The position numbers and the translations under genes were made by a program. Shown one piece after another: positions 12,633 through 26,110 of a stretch of DNA of 64,000 nt (the stretch's first letter is position 1; each line of letters opens with the position of its first letter). This DNA comes from the human T2T-CHM13v2.0 reference genome, Homo sapiens, in the NCBI RefSeq assembly GCF_009914755.1, contig NC_060928.1; one strand, written 5' to 3'. The notes below the pieces were generated by a model. That model was not told where the DNA came from. It made no database searches and saw only the letters and a program-made list of their open reading frames with translations.

Positions 12633-12936
12633 TTCATTGTTCTGCCTGCTGCCTGTCATCAGTAATATCATTAGAGTCATTTATATCTTGTATTAACTAC
12701 ATATGTCTTGTATTAAGTGTGATATAAGGGAAAAGAACCTTAGTGTTTCTCCTCCCCTTTTCCGTATCTTCCTCCCCTAGGGGATTTCAAGCTTCCCAGG
12801 AGCTAGTTCCAGAACATATTTACTTTTAGTTCACTCATTAAACACAAACTCACCTATCCTATATTCTATACTTTTAAATCTTTGTTTTTTGCATGCATCT
12901 AAACCATACCGAGGAAATAGGAATATTCCTGAATTA

Positions 12937-13252
<316 letters not shown>

Positions 13253-14189
13253 CTATTCTCAGGTAAGAGGTATGTTCACATTGTTCTTAACCCAAAAAGA
13301 GCTATCGAATGCTGAGAATCCTGGCGTAGCTGTATGGAAGATATTTTAAGGCAGAGAACAAGTCTAGGGATTGTCATATAACCTCAGATGGCCACTTGTG
13401 CAGGCTTTTTGAGAGCCAACATTTACTGAATGGTCCCTGATTTTTACTGAGTCCAAAGATGGAACTATTTTTTAAGAGTTTTTTTCCATCCTGTAATTGA
13501 AAACAAAATTTAAACGCAGAGTATGGTCATGTCATTTAGAATGATCCAAGCAGGAAACCCCTTCAAGTTTCAATTATAAAGAAGATGCCTGTGTTTTATT
13601 TTTGAAGGACCTTGTGGGACAATCCAGTATCTAGACTTTAAAACGCCTTGTGTTCTTCCATTGTGTTCCACGTTGTCCTTTAGACTAGTCACTGGGCATT
13701 TTTGTCTCACTGAGCTAATTGTATTTGCCACATATTGATCAAAAATAATTTCATGGCCTTTAGCTTCTTATTTTAAGAACTGAGCAAATGTGCTGATTGT
13801 ATAAATAAGACAGAATGGAGAACTTTCCTGGGAAATGAGAGATATTTTGAAAACAACTGTCATACTGAAGACTCAGGGAGGCTTAATTAGCTGATGCTTG
13901 CAAAGTACTTTGAAAAATCAAAACCATGATGTCCTTGCTAAGTATGATGAATACCATTTATTCTTGGATGAGTAAAAAGTCATTTATTTTGAGACATTCG
14001 AGTTTGGTGTGCACTGACTACAAAATACAGATTATTTTTGCAGAAATAGAAAATAAAACTCCAGATGAAAAATGCAAAAATGAGACAAATTTTGGAATTC
14101 ACAGAATTATTATTCTCAAAGACTTAAATATGCAGTATTGATGTGAAACTAAATCAATATTATTTTGCTCAAATGCGTGAGCTTATTCA

Positions 14190-14430
14190 AAGGCAGCTGC
14201 ATAGTTTAAAGGACAGTTGGTACGGAACTGGAAGATCTAAGTTCCAGACTTGAACTGCCTTTTACCAGCTAAGAGACTTTGATCAAGTCACTGGTTTCTT
14301 CATCTACAAAACAGGAAAGGTAATATTACATTTTCTTATCTATCTTCTGGAGTTGTTTTGAGATTCAAATGTGATCCTATAGTTATTTGGTAATTTCACC
14401 AACTGTAAAAATGAAATGAAAGATGTTATC
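14190..14430 (+). mobile_element. MIR
   Basis: gagactttgatcaagtcac...tttcttcatctacaaaa. Confidence 0.6.
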
Positions 14431-14928
14431 ATATCTTTGAAACATGCATAAGGCAGAAAATGGCTTAATAACCCCAATAATGAATAATTCAGACACTTTA
14501 ATTCATCCCTTTACTAGAGTCCTTAGGTTATTTCTTTCTTTTCTTCATCCCACTGTTTCTTTTTATGGATTTAGAGAGGTTAAAGATGAGGGATGATAGG
14601 TAACTGGAAGGAGAGCCCTTTCCTTCTGTTAGGAACAGGGTGTCTCATTACCAAACTTTCAGGAGAACCTCAGCTGGAATTTTAAAAGATGATAGCTAGA
14701 CAGCATTTTATAGAGAACATCCAGCATTTGAATTTCAAATGCCTAGAGTTTTTCTATTGGCTGACCCATGTACCATTAAAACAAATCTCCAGAGGAATCA
14801 TTTGTCATGGCAGAAATAGGTCTCCCATTAAGAGCCAAACACCCACAAATGTCAACTCTATTCTAACTCACATGAGTAACTGCCTTGAGACAATTTCTTA
14901 CATTTCTTATTTAATAGGTATAAATATT

Positions 14929-15382
14929 ATGGTAGAGATTGCTATAAATTCTTTGCTATTTCTCCTGTTGAGAGGTGGAGTCTAATTCTCCTTCCCTTGA
15001 ATCTGGACTGGGTTTAGTGACTTACTTGGCCAATTGATTGAGATAGAAATGATGTTCTGGGACTTCTGAGGCTAGGTCATAAGAAACCTTGGAACTTTTA
15101 CCTAATCTCCTGGAAAACTCATTTTGGGAGCCTTGAGCCATTTTCTGAGTCTGTCATGTCACAGAAGACACTTCAACAGTTCTACCAATCCCAGCTTTGC
15201 ATCTGTCCTTGCAAATGCGCAGGACACGTGAGTGGAGAGATCCTGTGCCACTCCAGATCAGCTCATCTCCTAGCTGAGTACCTCTGAGAGGCCTGCCCAA
15301 ATTTCTGACCCACCAGATCTCGAGACATTATGAAACAGTTGCTTTGAGTCACTGAGTTTGTAAGAAGCCATATATAATTGGC
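14929..15382 (+). mobile_element. MLT1H-like MaLR LTR
   Basis: gagaggtggagtctaattctccttcccttgaatctgg...gacttctgaggctaggtcataag. Confidence 0.8.
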
Positions 15383-16235
15383 TGTAAACATTAAATATTT
15401 TTGTGTGGAATAGCACTCAAATGTACTCAGTAGTAGAATCACTTATGGTCATCAAAGTATTATTTTATTGAAAAAGTACATTTTTGTCTTAGACCATTTA
15501 ATAGTAGCTCATTCAATGGCATATACATTCCTGAGATTTTACTATATGCCAGGTTCTATGCTAAGCACTTCACCTGTGTACCATCCATGCACTCCCATCT
15601 GTGACCCTCACCTCCATTTCACAGAACTACCATTCAGTGAGTGCTTCCTGACCATCCCTCTTTGCCACTGTGCCTGGTCAGCAGTGAGGAGCATGGAAGC
15701 CAAAGGGCACCCGGAGGCACAGCTTTTCAGACACATTCTTAAAGGTCTGTTTCTTTCTTGCTCAGGCGAAACTAGTCCATTCCTCCTTTTCTATAATGTG
15801 TAATTGAGGGATTACTTTAATTATATTTAGAGGATCCCCCAGGCTTATCTTACCCAAGCTTGTGCAATAGCCACCTTTCACCATCTCTTAATCATGCCTT
15901 TCAGAGTTTCTCGTCTTATCATACCACTCACTAATCTCACTGTGTCTCATTCCAGAGCTCCAGATGGGATGGATCCATCCAGGGAGACAGTTGCCTGTTC
16001 TTTTTCTCAGACATTTGCCAATCCTTCAGAAAGGGTCCACCACACCCTGTCCTGTGTTATAGTGGGAGACATTATTTTGGCCATATTTATTTTTCTTTGC
16101 TCAAGTCCTACTATGGTATCTGTGCTACTATTTTCTCTTTCTCAGAGAAAGAGAACACAGGATTTTCTCATATTTACATTTATTTATTTTTCTGAACTTT
16201 TTGTTGTATTTGGGGTATAGACATTTGAATATGGC

Positions 16236-16400
16236 CAGGATAGACGTGCCATAAAACTAGGAAGCTTGAGTTTCAAGGCCCCTCACTTGTGCAGCCTCCA
16301 TACAAAGTTCTAGACTTGATTTTGACTTTTATATTTTTAAAAAAGAAGGTTCCAAACATATGTATAAACTCTTGGCTTCACAAACCCTGAATCTGCTCTT
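16236..16400 (+). mobile_element. Arthur1A/MER69A-like hAT element
   Basis: gaagcttgagtttcaaggcccctcacttg...cacaaaccctgaatctg. Confidence 0.6.
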
Positions 16401-17340
16401 AGGATGGCTCACCTAAAGTCCTGGCGTTTGTGACGTTGCAGTAACTTAATAATATCTGAATGATTGGCTTCATGTTGTTAATAGTAAGACAATACACCTT
16501 TTAAAGCCTAGCCCCTGTAATTATCAGATAGATTAATCCTCTGCTTTTTCTGCCTTTAACTCTTCTCCCTACCCCTTAATTTATTTGTTTCTCTACTACC
16601 CCTGTAATTTCTTTCCCCTGAATGCCTAGTTCTTGGCTTTATCCTCTGACTGCTCTTATTTGAATTTCCCTTATTAGTTAAACTCTACCAGTATAATATA
16701 AAACTCCTTTGGATTCAGTGGAAATTGCCTCTCTTTTGCTAACAGAGTAAGTCAGTTGTTAAATTCTGCTAGTTGGGAGAGGAATTTCAAGTGCTTTCAG
16801 CTCTGTGAATGGACCAAGAATTATTTATTGGGGGGTAGTTCTCTTCTAGGATTAAGAAAAACAACAAATAATACCAAAGAACAGTTCCAAGTAGCCTCAT
16901 TCTCATGGTGTTGGGACCTTCTGGGGAATAATGGTGTACTTTGATGAGCATTTAGTTCTTGTGTGAACCGCTAATGCAAGCATTCAGTCCCAGCAGAAGT
17001 CCCTTTAGGATTCAGATCGTGGTCCAAGCTTCTCATGTACCTTGGTGAGGGCCAACACATTTAATATGGGAAACAATTGCTTGCTTACCTCAGTGGTGCA
17101 AAGTTACTTATTATCTACCTTTTCTGAAAGAAGCAGATGTAATAAACCCTAATGGATTTTAAGGCTAGAGTTTGAAAAGTTCTTTGAAAATAGGGTGAAA
17201 ACCTGGAAGCTTATTTATGCCTTCAGAGAGAAAATGTTAAGAAGATGCCTTCAAGCAAGGAAAAGACACAGCTTGCCCACAGCTGGTCCACAGCTGTTAA
17301 TTCTTCTCCTCCCACCATGGGAAAAGACTTTTCCCCTCAA

Positions 17341-17430
17341 GCCAGGCTTAATGGCTCGTGCCTGTAGTCCCAGCTACTGAGGAGGCTGAGGCAGGAGGAT
17401 TGCTTGAGCCCGGGAGTTTGAGGCTGCAGT
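17341..17430 (+). mobile_element. Alu monomer fragment without tail
   Basis: gcctgtagtcccagctac...ggattgcttgagccc...gaggctgcagt. Confidence 0.85.
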
Positions 17431-18100
17431 TATCTCAGGCTATCATAACCTTGAATGATCCAATCCAGAGTGTTTTTCAAAGTATAATAAAACATTTGCT
17501 TTTGAAATCAATGGCTTCATTTTCAGACTGTAAGAAGACATCAGCTGTTTTTATCAGTGAGATGATGCTGATACTTCTCTTCCCCGCCTATGCCTATCCA
17601 AAAAGCTAATGAGTACAAGATCAATACGAGTACCAAGGTTTCAACCAAGCATTTTTCTATTTTATAACAACATCTTCCACTATTTTCTTCTCCCCATATT
17701 TTAGGAAATTATTGAAAAGTTTTTCTAGTAAGACATTAACCTGCTTCTCATTATAAAGTCCTTAAAACCCATTAGCTGGAGTTGGGCAACAGGGAAGAAA
17801 AAGAGAGAAAAAGAAGACACTTAGGGTTAAGAATTTGTGCTTTGTTTCTTCTGAATTCTAATAGAATACTCCCTTGATTTAGAGAGAATTAGCTCAAAAT
17901 TGTTTGGTCCCCAGTAAAAGGTTGGGAGGATCCACTGAACTAATGGCTTGAAAGTTAAAAATGATTTCAATGAGCTAAGACAGCATGAACATCTGACCAA
18001 ACACGTCATGAAACCATTTACATGTTTTATTTACCTATCATAAAGGTCAATTCTTCTGATTTTTGTATATCTCAGGGTACCTTCCTATCAAGTCCCTATC

Positions 18101-18425
<325 letters not shown>

Positions 18426-18904
18426 TAGATAACTCAAGTTGAATCAAATAATGTAAAAATGCTTTGCTTTCAGAGCTATTTAGGGCCACTTTGAATGGTG
18501 GGTTCATTAACTCTGTAGCCATAGCACTTTTATTTGAACCTAGTGTAAAGTTTGTCCTAAGTTTTGAAAAAGATAACCATTTACCACTCCCCACTCCACT
18601 AATCTTCAACTAAGAACCTATTAGTTGACTGCATGATTCTTCTGAAAATTTGCAAATTTTTTTCCCTATAAGCTGCAAATACATATTTTACACACATTCA
18701 GTGGAGTACAGTGATTATACAGAAGTGACAGAGATTTGAATAGAATGTGGTTAGTAATTTTATTTTTAAATATCTCAGCAATTATAGACTTGTGTCAAGT
18801 ACTCATAAAATATCTATTTTCATAAATTACTGTTTTGAGAACTGTTTCCGTTTATCTCAACCAGGTTTTAGGAATTTAGGATGACCCCTCTCCAAGCAGT
18901 ACTA

Positions 18905-19293
<389 letters not shown>

Positions 19294-21519
19294 GTTGTTG
19301 GGAACAGATTATGGGAGGATATTGGCCTAAATAATTCACTAATTTATTTATCATTTAACATGGCATTCCAAGTTCAATAAGAAAAGTCATCTTGCCGGAA
19401 AAAAAAGTGTGTGGGAGGGAGCAAGTGTTGGCTCAAAATTTGCTTTGCCTGACTAATGGATCCTTGAGGAAACTCCCCAAACTCCTGGAATCAGATATGA
19501 AAACGTTTTTCCTTTTTGTGGGAGTAGGGGGTAGAAGATTATGACTTTTGTTCCTAAGCAAGGCAAGCCAAGGTCATTGCAACCTTCCTGCATAATTGTC
19601 AAAGTGAGAAGGCAGAGCACAAGCATATCCCCTGCCTGAAGCCCTTTTGTTTAGTTTCCTTTTGTATCAAAAAGATTGGCTTTCACCATGGGAGAGGTTG
19701 TAATTGGATTTCACCATGAAAGGAAGTTGTAATTGGATTTCTCAGCACTCTACAAGCTCTGTCCCTGGAAAAGCAAGGAAAAGGGGCCTGAATATCCTTT
19801 CTGCTAGCTGGAAACAGCCCAGCCAAGCCATCAGAGATTGACCTGAAAGGTATGGGCAGAATGGGCCATGTGTGTGTCAGCTACCCCCATCTCTGATGAA
19901 AAGCTATGTGTGTAATAGCTAAATATCGCTCCTGAAATTTGTATCTCCTAGAAAAGAGGAGGGTGTCTAAAGTTTGGCATACACTAAAACACAAAAACAT
20001 CATTCTCCGTCTAGATTTATTAGGGAACCTACACAAACGACCAGAATATGTTTTTATTTTCGGTACTATGGTTTATTTTGCATTCTTTTTCTGTAATTGG
20101 TTCCACTTCAGTTTCTATGATATTTCCTAGAAACTTAAATTACAGTAAGATTAGGTCGAAGTAGATATTTGTATTTGATTTATTTTCAGTTCCTATAGTT
20201 TTTTAGAACATTAATTTACATTTAAATTTTAAAAGATAAATTTTATTTTTGAAGTTCTGTATATTGCCATGCCACTTAAATCAACTTAGCACACCTGCTC
20301 CCCTGGGCACTTCTTGCCTTGCTGTACTTCTTCTTTCTATCTTCCTTCTCTTTCCTTTTCTCTTAAGCATTAATAAGCTGTCTGAACACTGAACCAGACT
20401 GTAAACGCAGTCATCCATACCTCTGAAAGGAGGAACAGGATTCCTCTTTCATATTGGCCACATCAGTGACTCCCTGGAAATTTTAGTGCTGGTAGTTATT
20501 GCTTCAAGTCTTTCTAATTGAATTTTCCTTGTGTTGCCTAGCATTCCCCTGGTTTCTGAACCCTCCAGTCTGAACCCTCCAGTGGTTAGCTCCTTCTGTG
20601 GCAGCCTCAGCAAAATTTACAAGTCCTCTTCCTTCCCTTCTGGGCCTAGGGAACTTGTTTCAATATTTTTGGGTTTCAAGGCAGATGATGACAACTTGAT
20701 CTGTTTATCACTTTGTCTAAAGTTTAATGAACTAAGAAAGACATACCATGTGTACTAGAAAAAGGAGAGGTTTGTCTTGTTACTTTCTTTTTCTTATTAC
20801 TCTTGGCCTATCATTTCCTGGAGTATGTACATCCATGCATCCAAATAAGGCCAGGTATCTTCTGTTGAATTTGTTTATATCAGAGGAAGCCTGTAGACTG
20901 CTATTTTTAGCAATTATTACAACTATGGAAAAATTTCCTTTCTGGGAAATGTAGTAAACAAAACAATTATTATAGGTACTTTATAAACAGACTCAGAACG
21001 TTCCTGTTCACCTTGTTTTTACATAATAGTCAAAGGCCTTGTTATCAGAGAGCAAATCTCTTAGTCATATTTTGGCTAACATATACGTGCTGTTACCTGA
21101 TCCAGTGTTAACACTGATGCTTTAGAGCTTTTAAAGTATTAATGAGTCTCTGGGGAGAGCTCTATGGTTTGGCCCTAAAGTCATCTGAAGGGTGAAAAAG
21201 ACGTTCTTCTATTTTGAGTTCTCTGCTGAGTCACCATCTGACATCAAGGTGTCCCAGCCCTGTGAGTGTATATGATATACTCAGAGTCAATGACTTAAGA
21301 CTTTTCTGGGCATCTGACCTTCAACTGCCCATCATCCTTCCTAATTGAACCTACCACCATAAGAGTCTGAGCTAGGGATAGACATGGTCATGCCTGTTGG
21401 GGCTTTGAGACTAACCAGAAATCCATCCAGACGTTAAAAGTATACATTAAACCTGAATCAAGCAAAGGGCACATACATTTAGTGCTCAGGGAAGGGAGTA
21501 TTATGGAGATTTACATCTT

Positions 21520-21664
21520 CCACTGCTCTGCCCTTGCTCTCGGGAGCTGGCTGCCTCTCAGTGCCTCAAATAGGCCACGATCCCTCTTGCTCCAGGGTCT
21601 TTGCACAAGTGTTCACGCTGTCAGAATTCTCTCTCCAGCACCCGCTCCTCCCAGCCACCACCAC

Positions 21665-21718
<54 letters not shown>

Positions 21719-21870
21719 CACAGAGTTAACCTCTATTCAGACTTCAGATCAAGGAAAGCCATTATTGATCCTGAGTGGAGGTCAGGATCCTTATATACTC
21801 TCTTGGAACAAAGGTGTTTTGCCTTCATAACACTTATTTCAGTGTATCATTATATATGGCATGTGTTCAA
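21520..21870 (+). mobile_element. L2 fragment
   Basis: cagggtctttgcacaagtgttc resembles the L2 3' region. Confidence 0.55.
21668..21722. repeat. (CA)n microsatellite with one CG interruption
   Basis: Direct reading. Confidence 0.97.
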
Positions 21871-22007
21871 ATAAAATGTGTTTTTTCTCACGCCACCAAA
21901 TCCTGCCGTAAAAAAGAGGGATTTGACTTATATTCAAGTGCTTCCAAAGTTTCTTCATTTTGAGCAGCAAAGTACTATTCAAAAAAACAATTAGAAATCA
22001 TCTCAAG

Positions 22008-22316
<309 letters not shown>

Positions 22317-23393
22317 TTATTTTTATTCTTAGGAAGGTCACCTTGACAAAATGGATGAAAAAATAGATAAAGATATTTAAAGCAGGTTTAGTCATTATTC
22401 CTGAGGTATGACTTCATTATTGCAAGTTGGAATCACATAGTTTTAGAAAGCCACACTTACAGTTTCAAGTGGTTTTTAAATACGCCCTTTAAAAAGCACT
22501 GGAAAAACAATCTAGTCAGTAATGAAAGTGTGGAGAACATGACCACGAGTGAGGACTAATGCCTGGGGATTAAATTTGCAGCATCAGCAGATGTTTAGCA
22601 ACTTGCAGAAGGATTGATGATGTGCTCTGTATTAGATAATTACAGCGTGGATCCAGTGAACATACACATTGGTGTTAAAGATGCGTATGAAGAGTTTTAA
22701 CAAAATTGTTTCATGAAATGTGAGAAAGGAAAAAGTCATGTTAATAAGTATAAAATATTTAAATTAAAGTAACATATTAAATATGTATGTGAACCATAGA
22801 TTAAATATCCCAAGTGTACATTACAATATATTACCCATTTGTACATGCTGTTTGGCCAAACACTTTGGTTGAGGATGTTCTCACTAGAAAGATGAAGATG
22901 GCATTGTATTTGGGGGCACCTTATGTTTGGTCCTATGCAGTTTTCATTATTGTGATGGTTTGATTAATGACCATTTTCATAACTACATAGTAAGCACCAC
23001 AAGAGCTCAGCCCCTCTCTAGTTTTGCTCCTTGCTGCATTTCTGGAATTTTGCATGGGATAGAACACTGAATACATTAGTTGTTTGAGATGTAAGATAAA
23101 AATGCTAACTTATTTTCATAATTGCATGACCTAGAAAACACTGGAGGAACTGAAACAGAAACGTAATAAAAAGTTAATGAAAGATAAGATGTTTTAATAC
23201 TTTTTACCCTGGTGTTAATCAAGATGAGATGAGTCTTTATAAATGTAAAAAGTCACAATTCTTTTTTTTCCCCCTGTAGAAATCAAATGGTTCACATTTA
23301 TGCAATGATAATTCTGAGGCCTCTATTCATTATATTTGACTCACTGGGAATTCTAAGTTCAAAAAGGCCATTCATGTCAGAGTTAGATCAAAC

Positions 23394-23831
23394 TGAAACT
23401 TACCCAATAGTCCCACAGACAGATCTTTTTGAAAAACATAGAAGTTGACCCTCCTGGTCTTAAAGTGTGAAACTTATATTTGTTTTATCTAAGTTCCTTC
23501 CTCAGGACAGGACCTTCAGGCTTCTAAAAAAGTATAAAAGAATGGAAACTCACCAGATCACTGCAGCAGATGCCTGACCGCTTATTCACCATGATTGTTT
23601 CCTTACCCCTACCTAGTTCTTATTTTCTTACACATTGTTACATTTTTCCCTTGCTATGTAAACCCCTAGTTTAAGTCAGTTAGTGAGATGGATTTGAGAC
23701 TGTGCTCCCATCTCCTCAGCTGCAGCACCTGATTAAAGCCTTCTTCATTGGCAATACTTGTTGTCTCAGTGATTGGCTTTCTACGAAGTGAGCAGCAGGA
23801 CCTAGACTGGAACCTTGCTGTTTCAATAACA
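23394..23831 (+). mobile_element. MER4-group ERV1 solo LTR (possibly MER66-like)
   Basis: tgaaact...taaca termini, 4-bp TSD aaac, attaaa polyA signal. Confidence 0.82.
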
Positions 23832-23849
23832 AAACCATGAAAAAGAATT

Positions 23850-24500
23850 GTAATAACTACTACTTATTGAGCATGTACATTCATTATTTTAGTTAATCAT
23901 ACAATGATCATCTTGGCATGGTGGCTCACACCTGTAATCCCAGCACCTTGGGAGCCTGAGGCAAGCAGATCACTTGAGGCCTGGAGTTTGAGACCAGCCT
24001 GGCCAACATGACAAAACCCCATCTCTACTAAAACAACAAAAATCAGCCAGGCATGGTAGTACATGCCTGTAGTCCCAGCTACTCAGGAGGCTGAGGCACA
24101 AGAATCACTTGAACTCAGGTGGTGGAGGTTGCAGTGAGCTGAGGTCATGTCACTGCACTCTAGCCTGGGCAATAGAGCAAGACTCTGTCTCAAAAAAAAA
24201 AAAAATACAATGATCTTATGAATTAGCTGTTATCCACATTTCACAAGTGGGGGAAACTGAGGCTCCTGAGCTTAGCAGCCAACCTTTACCATGGGTTAGA
24301 TACTGTAATAAATGCCTTACATGCTCAATCTCATTCAATTCCCATGACAATTTTATGACTGTTATTATATCTATTTCACAGATGAGAAGACAGAGGCACA
24401 GAATGGATTAGATTAAAACAACTAGAAGGTATGAGTGCCAGGATTCAAGTCCAGGCAGTCTGCCCCAGAATTCCCCTCTATAACCACTACACCATAGCAC
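23850..24500 (-). mobile_element. Two MIRs (first split by Alu)
   Basis: ggaaactgaggc; cagatgagaagacagaggcacag...ggattcaagtccaggcagtc. Confidence 0.7.
23911..24204 (+). mobile_element. AluS inside a MIR
   Basis: TSD atacaatgatc. Confidence 0.95.
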
Positions 24501-25459
24501 ATCGTGAAGATGGGAGGAAGCAGTGGGAACTTGAAAAATGGATTTATTGCAGGGTTTGCTGCAGTATGTGTATCATGTGAGGCCATTTCTATTTCTCTTT
24601 CTTTGCCTTCCCAGTTGTTTTTCCCCTGTATGCCACAGTAAACTAGCCACTGTTTTAGCAGCTCTCTTGTTGATTTTTAAAATACCTATTCACTAAATCT
24701 TTAAAGGAAACATTTAGCTACTGCAATGGGTGTACATAAGTTGGTTGTGTAATAGGAAGGAAACAAGCCAGGACTGGAGACTTCATTTCTAAAGAAGGAT
24801 TTTAAAGCAGACTAAGAGTTATTTCCCAGAGCAGGTCATGAAGCAGGAGTCTCTCTACACCCTTTCATTGCTATGACGACAGCCTGCTCCTGCTACATGC
24901 AGCCAGAAAAAGCAGCTTACATTTCAATGCTAGGAACATAGGGGAGAGGTTTACAAAAACACCAAACAAAGACAAAAAAACAAAAAAAAGACTCTTTCAC
25001 TTGAATTTCAGTTAGAGAGGAAAAAATATCCCCTGGAGCAAGTCAAAAGCCCTATTCTTGCCTTTAGAAGAGATAAGAAAGAAGAAATGTTGGGGGCTTT
25101 CCCTCTTGTCCAAGTGGGCCAATAAAACAGAATTGACAGCAAAGCAGCATTTCTTCTCACTCTGTGTAATGGCAAGCTGGCATAGAACACTTTCTTTGGT
25201 TTCCTTTGACTCGGCCATTAAGAAGCTACTAACTGATGCAGCAGTGAAGTCTCATAGTAATAAATACCTCGTGTTGAGGCCCCCCACCAGGGGAAAATAG
25301 TAGTGTCCGATTTACTTTTACATTTCTTTGGATAAAAAAGGCAATTCAAAGAATATTTCCTTCTTGATCTCCATTGTTACTACCAGAGAAATCATTGCAA
25401 GTATGTAACAGAGGCCTCACTGATATACGAGATTCCTTATGAGCAACCAGTCAACTTTC

Positions 25460-26110
25460 CTATGTGTTTACTTCTCTGCCAGGTGCTATACTTGGCATTT
25501 AATAAACATCACATTTCATTCCTACAACGACCTCATTTGTGTGTATTATTATCCCCATTTTGCTAAACAGATGAGTAAACTGAGTCATGCAGGTGGGAAG
25601 TAACTGCCAAAGCTTACACTGATTGTAAGAAGCAGAGTCAGGATTCTAGCCCAGATGCATTGGACTCTGAAGCCCATGCTCTGTCCACTCTGCTGTGCTG
25701 CCTCAGAGGCATACACCTGGCATTCATATTTTATTATAGAGCAAAACGTATAAGTACAAGGAAGAAACCCTGAGAAAATATCTAGAGTCAGTTCCCGTTC
25801 TACGGAGTTTCAATAGGGACATATAGTTAGTCCAGTACTTTCATATTATCTACGATTGATTGATTGCTTTAATGTACCAAACATGGCTCTTTTCTTCACT
25901 TAATTCTTACAACAAATCTCTGAGGTAGCTACTGATTTTATAATCCCATTTCCATGAATGAAGAGACTGAGGCACAAAGAGATGAAGTTGTTTGCCCAAA
26001 GTCACAGAGCTATTTTGTGGTAAAGCTTGGATATAAACCACGGTCTTATATAAACAGGGTCCATATGGTCAGATATAAACCACAGGTCATGGCCTTATTC
26101 ACTTTATTAG
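25460..26110 (-). mobile_element. Two MIRs (about 25460-25700 and 25830-26110)
   Basis: attattatccccattttg...aaactgag; gagactgaggcacaaag...cccaaagtcacag. Confidence 0.75.

Noticed and set aside
19675-19741. CRISPR-like repeat-spacer pattern
   Set aside because: Eukaryotic context, only about 2.3 units, no unique spacers and no cas genes.
20555-20583. Short tandem duplications (14 bp here; also 6371-6392, 8448-8476, 56991-57015)
   Set aside because: Ordinary slippage events with no further signal.
22480-23370. Unassigned AT-rich unique stretch
   Set aside because: No ORF, splice-signal pair or repeat identity I can support; needs a Dfam and conservation check.
25284-25297. CCACCAGGGG CTCF-like core
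   Set aside because: Followed by AAAA; lacks the GGC end of the motif.
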